Shown piece by piece: positions 34,107-44,771 of a DNA stretch of 64,000 nucleotides. The DNA is from an uncultured Candidatus Rokubacteria bacterium (GTDB taxonomy: Bacteria > Methylomirabilota > Methylomirabilia > Rokubacteriales > CSP1-6). The position numbers and the translations under genes are program-made. Where the stretch lies: positions 96,001 to 160,000 of the forward strand of contig CAVVEU010000033.1 of the NCBI GenBank assembly GCA_963747235.1, in the 5' to 3' direction. How positions within the stretch are numbered: position 1 is the stretch's first letter; every line of letters starts with the position of its first letter. Below the pieces are notes generated by a model that searched no databases, was not told the origin of the DNA, and saw nothing but the letters and a program-made list of their open reading frames with translations.

Positions 34107-34923
34107 CTAGAAGCCGAGGAACGGCTTGAGCGCGGCGAGGACGGCGTCCGGGTTGTCCTCGTGCAGCGTGTGCACCGCGCGGGGGATCTCGACGAAGCGG
34201 CCCTGCGGCAGCTCCTTGGCCATCCGCTCCGCCACGTCACGATCGAGGATCGGGCTCTCCTCGCCGCGGAGCACCAGGGTCGGCACCGGGATCGCGCGCA
34301 GCACCGCCCACCAGTCCACGTCCACCGTCGAGCGCCGCGTCTTCACGCTCGGGTGCCACGCCCACACGATGCGGCCGTCCGGCCGCTGCCGCAGGCTCTG
34401 CGCCGCCACCCAGCGGTAGTAGTGGATGCCGGGATACGGGTTGCCCCGGAGGAGATGCTGGGCCGCCTGCTCGATGCTGTCCCAGAATTCGGGCTCGGGC
34501 GGGCCCGCGCGGGGCCTGCGACGCCCGCGCACTGATCTCGGGTCCGATGTCCACGATCACGAGCTTGCGCACCGACTCGGGGCGCTTGGAGGTGAAGTAC
34601 ATCGCGTTCCGCCCGCCCATGGAGAGCCCCACGACCACGAGCGGAGCCAGGCCGAGCTGGTCGATCACGCCGCTCAGATCGTCGAACGCGGCGATGGGCC
34701 CGTAGACCTCGGCCGGATCGCTGTCGCCGTGGCCGCGCTGATCGAGCGCGTACACGTGGAAGTGCGGCTGCAGCGCGATGGCCAGCGTGTCCCAGGCGTG
34801 CGCGTGCCCGGTGAAGCCGTGCAGGAGGAGCAGCGGGGTGCGGCCCTCCCCGCCCCAGTCGAGCACGTGGAAGCGCAGGCCCTGGACGGTGACGTTCCGG
34901 TCGATCGGCCGTAGCAGGTTCAT
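34107..34923 (-). CDS. Alpha/beta fold hydrolase (frameshift near 34500-34530)
   Basis: LLHGF, DQRGHGDS, GLSMGG nucleophile, VLRGEES, HTLHEDNP. Confidence 0.85.
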
Positions 34924-34933
34924 GCCGGCCCGA

Positions 34934-35323
34934 TCAGAGCTGGATGCGGCCGGGGCCCCGCGGGCCGCCGCGGCCGCCCATGTCGGGCGGCATGCGGTCG
35001 GGGATGACGATGTTGGAGGACTGCTCCCGGCGCAGCTCCTGCAGCTCGCGGATCGCGCGCTCGACGCCCACCTTGGCGCCCTCCGAGAACTTCTCGGCCG
35101 CGTCGCCGAGCGAGGTCGCGTCGATCTCGAAGGTGATCGGCAGGGCGCCCACCGGGGAGAGGAGCTGGGCCTCGCCGACGTAAAGGATCTTGCGCGTGAG
35201 GTCGATCGACCCGTCCGTCTTCACCGGCGTCATCACCCGGATGATGCCGATGCGGCGGTCGGTGTAGGTCTCCTCGCGATAGAGGGCAGTCGCATCCATG
35301 CGGAGCTCGAGCTCATCGGCCAT
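34934..35323 (-). CDS. Conserved hypothetical cytoplasmic protein
   Basis: 129-aa ORF with normal composition (LYREETYTDRRIG...LPITFEI) in operon orientation. Confidence 0.7.
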   Translation of the reverse strand: MADELELRMDATALYREETYTDRRIGIIRVMTPVKTDGSIDLTRKILYVGEAQLLSPVGALPITFEIDATSLGDAAEKFSEGAKVGVERAIRELQELRREQSSNIVIPDRMPPDMGGRGGPRGPGRIQL

Positions 35324-35362
35324 CGTGGCTAATCCTCTCTTTCATCTTCATCGAATGGTCCG

Positions 35363-36244
35363 TCACGCGAGCTCGGCCCGCGCGCTCATCGCCACCGTGC
35401 CCTCGGGGGTCACGGCCCACATCTCGGCGCCGCGGCCGTCCGCGGTGGGGCGGCCGCGCAGCTCGAAGGGCGCGGTGTCGAAGAGCGGGGCGCGGGCCTG
35501 CGTCTCGTAGCCCGTGAACACGCGGCCCGGGTTGTGGTCGCGCGCGAAGTCGATCAGGAGCGTGGAGGTGAGCGGGCCGTGCACGACCAAGCCCGGGTAG
35601 CCCTCGCGCTCCATGGCCCAGGGCCGGTCGTAGTGGATGCGGTGGCTGTTGAAGGTCAGGGCGGAGAAGCGGAACAGCAGCACCGGGTCCGGCGCGATCC
35701 GCCGGCGCCACGGGGTGTCGTCGGGCGCGGTCTCGCGGCGCGGCGCCTGGTTGCGCTCACCGGCCCGGACCTCCTCGCGGAACACGGTGCGGCGTTCTTC
35801 CTCGATGGCCAGCGCCTCCCCGGTGAAGATGCGCTGGGTCACGGTGGCGAAGACCAGGGTGCCGGTGCCGCCCGTCTTGACCGAGATGTCGGCCAGCTCG
35901 GTCTCGCGGCGCACCGTGTCGCCGATGCGGAGCGGACGGTGGAAGCGGAAGCGCTCGCCCGCGAACATGCGGCGGGGCAGCGGCATCGGCGGGATCACCC
36001 CGGTGTCGAGCGGGCTGCCGTCGGGCCGGAGCGCCTCCGGCGGAAAGCGCGGGAGGAAGTAGAGCGATTGCCAGCCCGGGGGCAGCGGATCGCCCGGCCC
36101 GAGCTCGCGCTCGTCGCGGCCGAAGGTCAGGCGCAGCAGGTTGGCGGGCGCGGCGGTGATCACGTCGGTCGCGCTCTCGCGCCGCCCGACGTGCGCCTTG
36201 AGGTCGTCGAGGGCGACGGCGCCCGGCGCCCCGACGGTCGTCAT
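35363..36244 (-). CDS. MaoC-like double hot-dog dehydratase (mesaconyl-C4-CoA hydratase/HTD2-like)
   Basis: PRRMFAG, LFRFSALTFNSHRIHYD, EGYPGLVVHGPL. Confidence 0.85.
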   Translation of the reverse strand: MTTVGAPGAVALDDLKAHVGRRESATDVITAAPANLLRLTFGRDERELGPGDPLPPGWQSLYFLPRFPPEALRPDGSPLDTGVIPPMPLPRRMFAGERFRFHRPLRIGDTVRRETELADISVKTGGTGTLVFATVTQRIFTGEALAIEEERRTVFREEVRAGERNQAPRRETAPDDTPWRRRIAPDPVLLFRFSALTFNSHRIHYDRPWAMEREGYPGLVVHGPLTSTLLIDFARDHNPGRVFTGYETQARAPLFDTAPFELRGRPTADGRGAEMWAVTPEGTVAMSARAELA

Positions 36245-37632
36245 GCCCGCACCGGCGGGCGGCGGCGATGCCAGTCCGTCGCCCGCTGATAGGCGTGGCC
36301 CGCGCGCAGCACGGTGGCCTCGTCGAAGGGCCGGCCCGAGATCTGGAACGACAGCGGCAGGCCGGTCGTGGAGAACCCGGTCGGCAGCGCCAGGGTGGGC
36401 AGCCCGGTGATGTTGAACGGCCCCATGTTGCTCTTGGCGAACGGAAAGTCCGGATCGAGCACGACCTTGAACGAGGGCGCCGGGCCGAGCGCGGTGGGCG
36501 TGATCAGCACGTCCACCGACTGCAGCGCGCGCTCCGTGTCCTCCCGGATCTGCGAGCGCAGGCGCTGGGCCTGGATGTACTCGTCCGCCCGGAAGAGCCC
36601 GCCCGCCATCAGCTTCTCGCGCAGCACGTCGCCGTAGAGCTCCGGATGCAGGCGCAGGTCGCGCTCGTGGTAGGCGAAGGCCTCGGTCAGCATGATCACC
36701 ATGAAGGACGGCGTGGCATGAATGCTCGGGATCGTCACGTCCCGCACGGTGGCGCCGAGCCGTCCCAGCTCGCCCACCGCCTGCTCGAAGGCGGCCACCG
36801 TCTCCGGCTCCACCTGGTCGAAGAAGTAGTCGCGCACCACCCCGATCCGGAGGCCCTTGACGCCGCCCTCGAGCGTCGCCAGGTAGTCCGCCACCGGCTC
36901 ACGAGCGGACGCCGGATCGGCCGGATCGTGGCCGGCCAGCGCCTGTAGCATGTACGCGCAATCCTCCGCCGAGCGCGCCATGGGGCCGGTGTGGTCGAGC
37001 GTCCACGAGAGCGTCACCACGCCCGCGCGGCTCACGCGCCCGTAGGTCGGCTTGAGCCCGGCGATCCCGCAGAAGGCAGCCGGGCCCCGGATGGACCCGC
37101 CGGTATCGGAGCCGAGCGCGCCCACCGCCATGCCGGCGGCCAGCGCCGCGCCGGACCCGCTGCTCGAGCCGCCCGGGATGTGATCGACGTTCCACGGGTT
37201 GCGCGCGGGCGGAAAGCGGTGGCCCGGGAACTGGATGCCGAACGCGAACTCGTGGGTGATCAGCTTGCCGAGCATGACCATGCCCGCCTGCTGCAGCCGC
37301 GTCACGCACGTGCAATCGAAGTCGGGCACCCAGTCGCCCAGCACCGCCGAGCCCGCGGTGGTGAGGATCCCCTTGGTCGCGTAGAGATCCTTGTACGCGA
37401 TCGGGATGCCGGTGAGCGGTCCCGCGTCGCCCCGCTTGAGCGCAGCCTCCGCGGCGCGGGCATCGGCGAGCGCGCGCTCGGCGGTGACCGTCACGTAGGC
37501 GTTCAGGCTCTTGTCGAGCGTCTCGATGCGGCGAAGCTGATCGGTGGCGTAGTCCACCGGGGAGAGCGCGCGGCTCCGGAAGAGGCCGCCCAGCTCCCGG
37601 ATGCCCGCGTAGCAGAGCTCGTCGGCGCTCAT
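36241..37632 (-). CDS. Amidase (amidase signature family, GatA/AtzE-like)
   Basis: GIPIAYKD, PGGSSSGSG, GSDTGGSIRGPA, GLKPTYGRVS. Confidence 0.9.
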   Translation of the reverse strand: MSADELCYAGIRELGGLFRSRALSPVDYATDQLRRIETLDKSLNAYVTVTAERALADARAAEAALKRGDAGPLTGIPIAYKDLYATKGILTTAGSAVLGDWVPDFDCTCVTRLQQAGMVMLGKLITHEFAFGIQFPGHRFPPARNPWNVDHIPGGSSSGSGAALAAGMAVGALGSDTGGSIRGPAAFCGIAGLKPTYGRVSRAGVVTLSWTLDHTGPMARSAEDCAYMLQALAGHDPADPASAREPVADYLATLEGGVKGLRIGVVRDYFFDQVEPETVAAFEQAVGELGRLGATVRDVTIPSIHATPSFMVIMLTEAFAYHERDLRLHPELYGDVLREKLMAGGLFRADEYIQAQRLRSQIREDTERALQSVDVLITPTALGPAPSFKVVLDPDFPFAKSNMGPFNITGLPTLALPTGFSTTGLPLSFQISGRPFDEATVLRAGHAYQRATDWHRRRPPVRA

Positions 37633-37836
37633 GAGCCGCTCCCGCCCTTGGCGTCGAAAGATCACCGCGGGCTCCACCGTCCGGATCGCCCGGCAGTCCA
37701 GGGCGCGGATGGGCCGCAGCGCGTTGACCAGGAAGCCGCGCACCAGGGACAGGCGGTTGGCGGGGATGGAGAGGCCGGCGAGGCGGGCGCGCTCCTTCAC
37801 CTCGTCCAGCGTGACGTCAGGGGGCATCTCGGGCAT
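37629..37836 (-). CDS. Small amidase-partner protein (GatC/AtzG-like; slip near 37660)
   Basis: ~68 aa, ARLAGLSIPANRL...EPAVIF; reconstructed stop overlaps the amidase start; GAGGAG RBS. Confidence 0.55.
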
Positions 37837-37928
37837 AGTGGTCTCCTCGTTGGCGACGCGCCATAGAGTAGACGTGTCCGCGGCCGAGGGCAAGGCGGAG
37901 GCCGCACACCGTGGAAAGGAATGCGCTC

Positions 37929-39194
37929 ATGCCGGAGACCACGAGCCCCTTCACGCTGATCACCGCGGACCGCCTCATCGACGGAAGCGCGGCGGCGCCC
38001 GTCGAGCGGGCCGCGATCCTGATCCAGGGGGAGCGTATCGTCGCCCTGGGTCCGGAAGGCACGGTGCGCGCGCCCGAGGGCGCCGCCGTCACCCGGAAGG
38101 CCTACGGGGCCGCCACCATCCTGCCCGGCCTCGTGGACGCCCACACCCACCTGGTGGCGCCGGGCGACGGGACGCTGGGCGACGACATCGCCAAGGAAGA
38201 CGACGACATCCTCCTGCTCCAGGCCGCGCAGAACGCGCGCACCCTGCTGCACTCGGGCGTGACCACGCTCCGGGAGAACGGCGCGAAGGGCAAGGTCGCC
38301 TTCTCTCTGCGCGAGGGCATTCGCCGGCGACTCGCCCCCGGGCCCCGCATGGTGATCTGCGGCCGTCCGATCGCGATCACCGGCGGGCACATGGGCTACT
38401 TCGGCTCCGAGGCGGACGGGGAGGTGGCGGTGCGCGCGGAGGTGCGCAAGCTCCTGAAGGAAGGCGCCGACTACATCAAGATCGTGGCGAGCGGCGGCTC
38501 GACCCGCACCTCGGATCCGAACCGCGCCTCGTACAGCGTGGCGGAGCTGGCGGCCATGACCGACGAAGCGCGGCGACACGGCAAGCTCACCGCGGCCCAC
38601 TGCACCTCGGCCGAGTCCATCCAGAACTGCCTCGACGCCGGCGTCGACATGATCATCCACTGCATCTTCACCGAACCCGACGGGACCTTTCGCTTCCGCC
38701 CCGACCTGGTCGAGCGGCTCGCCGCCGCCAAGGCCTGGGTGAATCCCACCCTCTACGTGATGAAGGCGGGCATCGAGCGGCTGCGAGAGGCGCGCGAGCG
38801 CGAGGGTCGGCTCACCCCGGAGCTGATCGCGCAGCTCGAGCAGTCACGGCGCGCCCTCGACGTCCGCGTGGATGCGGTCCGACGGATGAGCGAGGCCGGC
38901 GTGCGGATGACCGCCGGATCCGACTCGCCCTGGGGCTGGTACGCGCCGGGCGAATTCGTTCACGAGATCCACATGATGGCCCAGGCCGGCCTCTCGTACA
39001 CCGACGCCATCGTCACCGGCACCGCGGGGGCCGCCGACTCCATCGGGGTGGGCGGGCTGAGCGGCCGCCTCCTCCCCGGGCGCCAGGCCGACGTGCTCGT
39101 GGTGCGCGGCGACCCCACCCGTGAGATCACCGCCCTCTGGGACGTCCTCGACGTCTATCAAGCCGGCCGCCGCATCGCCCGCGATTTGATCTGA
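37929..39194 (+). CDS. Metal-dependent amidohydrolase (prolidase-like)
   Basis: [44 protein letters not shown]. Confidence 0.9.
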   Translation: MPETTSPFTLITADRLIDGSAAAPVERAAILIQGERIVALGPEGTVRAPEGAAVTRKAYGAATILPGLVDAHTHLVAPGDGTLGDDIAKEDDDILLLQAAQNARTLLHSGVTTLRENGAKGKVAFSLREGIRRRLAPGPRMVICGRPIAITGGHMGYFGSEADGEVAVRAEVRKLLKEGADYIKIVASGGSTRTSDPNRASYSVAELAAMTDEARRHGKLTAAHCTSAESIQNCLDAGVDMIIHCIFTEPDGTFRFRPDLVERLAAAKAWVNPTLYVMKAGIERLREAREREGRLTPELIAQLEQSRRALDVRVDAVRRMSEAGVRMTAGSDSPWGWYAPGEFVHEIHMMAQAGLSYTDAIVTGTAGAADSIGVGGLSGRLLPGRQADVLVVRGDPTREITALWDVLDVYQAGRRIARDLI

Positions 39195-39253
39195 ACCGAA
39201 GCCGGCCGACTGCCGGGCGCAAGGTTGGCCGGCGCAGGAAGCGGTGGGGGGGC

Positions 39254-39284
39254 GTGGGGGAGGAGCGGCGCTCGCTCCCCCCAC
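39254..39284. repeat. REP-like hairpin between convergent genes
   Basis: GTGGGGGAGGAGCG-GCGCT-CGCTCCCCCCAC bulged stem. Confidence 0.5.
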
Positions 39285-40254
39285 TTAGATCAGATGACAC
39301 GCGGCCTGATGCCCAGCACCCGACCTCGCGCAGCGCGGGAGCTTCGACCCGGCAGCGGTCGATGACGAAGGGACAGCGCGGGTGGAAGCGGCAGCCCGAC
39401 GGCATCGCGAGCGGGCTCGCCATCTCGCCCGCCGGCACGAGGCGCTCGCGACGCAGGGCGGGATCCACGACGGGCACCGCGGAGAGCAGCACGCGCGTGT
39501 AGGGATGCTTCGGCGCGTGGTGAATCGCGTCGCGCGGTCCGAGCTCCACGATCTCGCCCAGGTACATGACGGCCACCCGATCCGACATGTGAAGCACGAC
39601 GTGGAGATCGTGCGAGATGAAGAGATAGGTCAAGCCGAACCGCCGCTTCAGGTCCATCAGCAGATTCAGCACCTGGGCCTGGACCGACACGTCGAGCGCC
39701 GAGACCGGCTCGTCGGCCACGATCAGCGCGGGGTGGAGCGCGAGCGCCGCCGCGATGCCGATGCGCTGCCGCTGGCCGCCCGAGAGCTCGTGCGGATACC
39801 GGAGCGCGAAGGCGGGATCGAGTCCCACCAGCTCGAGCAGCTCGCCGACCCGCCGACGGCGTTCCGCGGCGTCGGCCAGCCCGTAGATCGCGAGCGGCTC
39901 GGCGATGATCTGGCCGACCCGCATCCGCGGATTCAACGAGCCGTACGGATCCTGGAAGACGATCTGCATGCGGCGGCGCGCGGCCCAGAGCTCCCGCGCC
40001 GGGAGCTCGAGCAGGTCACGACCCTCCAGCCGGATCTGTCCCGCGCTGGGCTCGATCAGTCGCAGGATCAGGCGGCCGGTGGTGGACTTGCCGCAGCCGG
40101 ACTCGCCGACGAGCCCCAGCGTCTCCCCCGGCGTGAGCGTGAAGCTCACCCCGTCCACCGCCCGGATCACGCGTCGATGCCGGCCGAGCCAGCTCCCGCC
40201 CACCTCGAACCGCTTGGCGAGGTCCTGGACCTCGAGCAGCGGGCCGGACGTCAC
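39285..40254 (-). CDS. Oligo/dipeptide ABC ATP-binding protein (OppF/DppF-type; slip near 39320)
   Basis: [45 protein letters not shown]; reconstructed end AACHLI-TAA. Confidence 0.88.
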
Positions 40255-41213
40255 GTGGTCACCGGGCAGGCCACCAGATGGCCGGGCTCCCGTGCCTCGA
40301 GCGGGGGCTCGTCGCGCCGGCAGCTCTCCACGACGTGGGGGCAGCGGGGTGCGAACCGGCACCCCACGCTCGGCCGGCGTGGATCGGGAGGCGCGCCGTC
40401 AATGGAGAAGAGCGGCTGGCCGAAGCGGCTCGGATGCGGCAGGCAGCGGAGGAGCCCGCGCGTGTAGGGATGCAGCGGGCGGGCGAAGATGCGCTCCACC
40501 GGCGCCAGCTCCACGATGCGCCCGGCGTAGATCACCGCGACCCGGTGGCACAGCTCGGCGACGACGCCGAGATCGTGGGTGATCATGAGCACCGCCATGC
40601 CGCGCTCGGCCTGCAGACGCCGGAGCAGGTCGAGGATCTGGGCCTGGATCGTCACGTCGAGGGCCGTGGTCGGCTCGTCCGCGATCAGGAGCCGCGGGCC
40701 CGAGACAAGGGCGAGCGCCAGCATCGCGCGCTGGCGTAGGCCACCCGAGAGCTGGTGCGGATAGTCGCGGACGCGCTCGGCCGGCGCGGGCACCTGGACC
40801 TGGTGCAGCATCTCCACCGCCCGCTCCCAGGCCGCCGCGCGGCCGAGGCCCGAGTGGGCGAGCGCGGCGGAGGCGATCTGATCGCCGATCGAGAAGACCG
40901 GGTTGAGCGACGTCATCGGCTCCTGGAACACCATGCCGATGCGGCCGCCGCGCACCTGGCGCATGGCCTCCGCGTCCTTGCCCAGCAGATCCTCGCCGTC
41001 GAGCAGGATGCGCCCGGCCGCGATGCGCCCCGGCGGGGGCACGAGCCGCATGATGGAGAGCGAGGTGACGCTCTTCCCGCACCCGGACTCCCCGACCAGC
41101 CCCAGCACCTCGCCGCGCTCGACGGTGAAGCTCACGCCGTCCACCGCGCGCAGGGGACCGGTGCCGGTGCTGAACTCGGTCACGAGGCCTTCGACCTGGA
41201 GCAGCGGGGGCAC
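40251..41213 (-). CDS. Oligo/dipeptide ABC ATP-binding protein (OppD/DppD-type)
   Basis: [41 protein letters not shown]. Confidence 0.92.
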   Translation of the reverse strand: MPPLLQVEGLVTEFSTGTGPLRAVDGVSFTVERGEVLGLVGESGCGKSVTSLSIMRLVPPPGRIAAGRILLDGEDLLGKDAEAMRQVRGGRIGMVFQEPMTSLNPVFSIGDQIASAALAHSGLGRAAAWERAVEMLHQVQVPAPAERVRDYPHQLSGGLRQRAMLALALVSGPRLLIADEPTTALDVTIQAQILDLLRRLQAERGMAVLMITHDLGVVAELCHRVAVIYAGRIVELAPVERIFARPLHPYTRGLLRCLPHPSRFGQPLFSIDGAPPDPRRPSVGCRFAPRCPHVVESCRRDEPPLEAREPGHLVACPVTT

Positions 41214-41216
41214 GGG

Positions 41217-42101
41217 TTAGATCTTCAACCGCGGGTCGAGGGTGTCCCGCAGCCAGTCGCCGAGAAGATTCACCGCGAGCACGGTCAGCATGATCGCGAG
41301 GCCGGGAAACGTGGCGAGCCACCAGGCGGTCGCGATGTAGTTGCGGCCGTCCGCGAGCATCCAGCCCCAGGTCGGGGTGGGCGGCTGGACTCCCAGGCCG
41401 AGGAAGGACAGGGCGGACTCGTAGATGATCATGAACGCCAGCTCGAGCGTGGCCACCACGATGATCGGGGTGAGCGCGTTGGGGAGCACGTGGCGAAGCA
41501 GGAGCCGCCCGGAGCGGTTGCCGCGCGCGCGGGCCCCGGTGACGAACTCCCGCTCGCGGATCGAGAGCACGTCGGCCCGGACGATCCGCGCGAACTGTAC
41601 CCACCGGGTGGCGCCCATGACGAGGATGACGTTGAGCAGGCTCGGCCCCAGCGCGAACACCACCCCCATGGCGAGCAGGATGTAGGGAATGGCGAGGAAG
41701 ACGTCGACGATCCGCATGATGATCGCGTCCGCGCGGCCGCCGAAGAATCCCGCGCACAGGCCGAGCGTGACCCCGAGGCCGGCGGCGAGCGCCACCGCGG
41801 AGAGGCCCACCAGCAGCGAGATCCGCCCGCCGTAGAGAATTCGGCTCAGGATGTCCCGCCCCAGGTGATCGGTCCCGAGCGGGTGCTCGCGCAGCCCGCG
41901 CGCCTCCCACACGGGCGGGCGGAGGCGCTTGAGCAGCATCTGCCGCGCCGGATCCCACGGCGCGAGCTGCGGGGCGAGCAGGGCGGAGCCGCCCATGGCG
42001 AGCAGCACCGTGATCCCGAACACGGCGCGAAAGCTGACGCGCCGGCGGCGCGCGCGGGCGACGGCGGGAAGCGCGCCCGCGACCGTGGCCGCCTCGGTCA
42101 C
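41217..42101 (-). CDS. Oligo/dipeptide ABC permease (OppC/DppC-type)
   Basis: HPLGTDHLGRD, RHVLPN, ESALSFLGLG, WWLATFPG, LRDTLDP. Confidence 0.9.
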   Translation of the reverse strand: MTEAATVAGALPAVARARRRRVSFRAVFGITVLLAMGGSALLAPQLAPWDPARQMLLKRLRPPVWEARGLREHPLGTDHLGRDILSRILYGGRISLLVGLSAVALAAGLGVTLGLCAGFFGGRADAIIMRIVDVFLAIPYILLAMGVVFALGPSLLNVILVMGATRWVQFARIVRADVLSIREREFVTGARARGNRSGRLLLRHVLPNALTPIIVVATLELAFMIIYESALSFLGLGVQPPTPTWGWMLADGRNYIATAWWLATFPGLAIMLTVLAVNLLGDWLRDTLDPRLKI

Positions 42102-43028
42102 CGGGCGCTCCGCACGTAGACGATCCGCGGATCGAGGTAGGTGTAGACCAGATCCACCGCCAGGTTGATGAGCACGAAGAGCGTCGCGAGCACCGCCACG
42201 ATGGCCTGCACGAGCGGGTAGTCGCGGCTGAAGATCGCGTCCACCGCCAGCCGGCCGACCCCGGGCCAGGCGAAGATCGTCTCGGTGATGACCGCGCCCC
42301 CGAGCAGGATGCCGAACTCGAGGCCGATGACGGTGACGAGCGGGAATCGCCGCGTTCTTCAGCGCGTACTTGTAGGTCACCACGAAGGTGCGGATCCCGG
42401 CGGAGCGGGCGGTGCGCACGTAGTCCTGGGCCAGCACCTCCAGCATTCCCGAGCGCGCCAGGCGCGCGATGCGGGCCATGGAGAAGGCGCCGAGGGCGCA
42501 GGCGGGCAGCACGAACGAGCGGAGACCGTCGCGGCCGGCGGCGGGAAACCAGCCGAGCCACACCGCGAAGACGAGGATGAGCAGGAGCCCGAGCCAGTAG
42601 ACCGGCATGGCCTGGCCCATCAGCACGCCGACCGAGCAGATCGCGTCGAGGAGCGAGTTGCGGCGGAGCGCGGCCAGGATGCCGACCGGCACCGCCACGA
42701 GGAGGGCGAGCGAGAGGCCCGCGACGGTGAGCTGGAGCGTCGCGGGCAGCGTGCTCAGGATGAGGCCGAGGGCGGGCACCTGATGCTTGAACGAGAGCCC
42801 GAAATCGCCCCGCACCGCGCGGGACAGGAACCGCACGTACTGCAGCCACAGCGGGTCGTCGAGCCCGAGCAGGGTGCGGAGCTGCCGGACGTCCTCCTCA
42901 CGCGCCTCGAGCGGCAGGAGCAGCCGGGTCGGATCGCCGGTCAGATGCAGGAGCCCGAACACGATCACGGAGACCCCCAGCAGGACGAACACGCTCTGCA
43001 GGAGCCGCCGCGCGAGGAAGGCGAGCAT
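42098..43028 (-). CDS. Oligo/dipeptide ABC permease (OppB/DppB-type; frameshift near 42343)
   Basis: GDFGLSF, DYVRTAR, GAVITETIFAWPG, RDYP, YLDPRI. Confidence 0.85.
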
Positions 43029-43035
43029 CAGCGGA

Positions 43036-43070
43036 GGGGAGAGGGGGAGACGACCGCGCCCCCTCTCCCC
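43036..43070. terminator. Intercistronic hairpin after SBP gene
   Basis: 12-bp perfect arms GGGGAGAGGGGG / CCCCCTCTCCCC, 11-nt loop. Confidence 0.6.
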
Positions 43071-43076
43071 GGAGGC

Positions 43077-44600
43077 CTAGAAGCCGATCTCGGTGAGGCG
43101 GATGGACTCGTCCCCGCGCGGCGTCCACTTGAGCCGCGTGTTCACGCCGTAGATGTCCATCTGCTGGTAGCCGAAGATCCACGGCGCGTCGTCGCGGATG
43201 AGGCGGAGCAGCTGAGAGTAGAGCTGCTTCCGCTTCTCCACGTTCATCTCGGCCCGGGCCGCCTCCATGAGCTTGTCGACCTCGGGATTCGAGTACTGTG
43301 ACACCGGCTCCCCGGTGTGGAGATTCGGGGTCACCCAGTGGTCGGGCTCGAGGCTCGGTAGGCACCAGCCGTTCATGAAGATGTCCTCGGTCTTGTGGTC
43401 GAGGACCGAGCGGACGTAGCTCCCCCACTCGCCGATGATCTTGACGCTGGTCTTGATGCCGTTCTCGGTGAGCTGACCCGCGATGGCCTGCGCGATGTCC
43501 TTGTCCATGGCCCAGCGGCCGTTCGGGGCCTGCAGGGTCAGGGTGAGATTCGTCTGGCCCGCCGCGGCCAGCAGCTCCTTGGCCTTCTGCGGATTGTAGT
43601 CGTAGAGCGGGATCGACGGGTCATAGCCCCACACGTTCGGGGGCATGGACGAGTTGATCCGCTTGCCGTTGCCGAGCAGCACCGCGTCGAGGATGCCCTG
43701 GACGTCCACCGCGTGGTTGATGGCCTGGCGCACCCGGCGGTCGGCCAGAGCGCCGCCCTTGATCTGGGCGATGCCGAAGTAGATGATCCGGCAGCTCGGG
43801 ATCTTCTCGACGCGCACGGTCTTGGTCGCGGCGAGCGTCGGGAGCTGGTCGGGGGGCACGTTGACGATCAGATCGGCCTGGCCGGTCTGGAGCGCGGCGA
43901 TGCGCGCGCCCAGCTCCGGAATGGGCCGCCAGGTCGCCCGCCGCACCGCGGGCTTGCCCGTCCAGTGCTCGTCGTTGGCCTCCACCACGATGCGCTCGTT
44001 CTTGGACCACTCCACGAACTTGAAGGGCCCGGTGCCGACCGGCTTCAGGTTGGCCTGCACGTCGCCGACCTGCGCGACGTACTTGGGGGCGAGCTGGTAC
44101 ATGAGGGTCATGCGCGCGGGCATGGCCGGATCGGGGACCTTGGTGTGGAAGCGCACCGTGGTCGGATCGACGACCTCCACCCGATCGATGGTGCTGAACC
44201 AGCCCTTCTGGGGCGACTTGAAGTCGGCCCGGTAGATGCGCTCGAACGAGAACTTGACCGCGCTGGCGTCGAACGGCTCCCCGTTGTGGAACTTCACGCC
44301 GGAGCGCAGCTTGACCTCCCACACCTTCTCGCTCACCAGCTTGTAGCTGGTGGCGAGGCGGGGGGTGATCTGGAGCTGCTTGTCGCGGGTGAGCAGGGTG
44401 TCGTAGATCGAGCCGTTGATGATCAGGGTGACGATGTTGTTGGTCATCTGCACGTCGAGGAACTCGGCGTCGATGCCCTGGGCGATGGTGACGTCCCGCT
44501 CGCCCGCCGCCCGCGCGGCGTTCCGTTCCGCGGGGCCGACCGCCACCAGGAGCACCGCCAGCGTGAGCAGCGGGACGATCGATCGGAATCCTCGTCTCAT
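43077..44600 (-). CDS. ABC substrate-binding protein, family 5
   Basis: Signal peptide, LRSGVKFHNGEPF, PVGTGPFKF, VRQAINHAVD. Confidence 0.92.
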   Translation of the reverse strand: MRRGFRSIVPLLTLAVLLVAVGPAERNAARAAGERDVTIAQGIDAEFLDVQMTNNIVTLIINGSIYDTLLTRDKQLQITPRLATSYKLVSEKVWEVKLRSGVKFHNGEPFDASAVKFSFERIYRADFKSPQKGWFSTIDRVEVVDPTTVRFHTKVPDPAMPARMTLMYQLAPKYVAQVGDVQANLKPVGTGPFKFVEWSKNERIVVEANDEHWTGKPAVRRATWRPIPELGARIAALQTGQADLIVNVPPDQLPTLAATKTVRVEKIPSCRIIYFGIAQIKGGALADRRVRQAINHAVDVQGILDAVLLGNGKRINSSMPPNVWGYDPSIPLYDYNPQKAKELLAAAGQTNLTLTLQAPNGRWAMDKDIAQAIAGQLTENGIKTSVKIIGEWGSYVRSVLDHKTEDIFMNGWCLPSLEPDHWVTPNLHTGEPVSQYSNPEVDKLMEAARAEMNVEKRKQLYSQLLRLIRDDAPWIFGYQQMDIYGVNTRLKWTPRGDESIRLTEIGF

Positions 44601-44672
44601 GGAGCCCTCCCTCACTGAGTGATCTGCGCGTCGTGTCGGCGGTGACGGTCGTCGAGCCGGATGAGCGCCCCG

Positions 44673-44748
44673 ATCCTATGTCCGACGCCCGAGGGTGTCA
44701 ACCCGCCGCGGCTCCGGCCTTGACAGCGCGCCGGGCATGGCATACACC
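44673..44748. promoter_or_regulatory. Back-to-back divergent sigma70 promoters
   Basis: Minus: TTGACA (44701-44696)-17-TAGGAT; plus: TTGACA (44720-44725)-17-TACACC. Confidence 0.6.
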
Positions 44749-44771
44749 CAGCCTCCAGGAGGAGACTCCCC

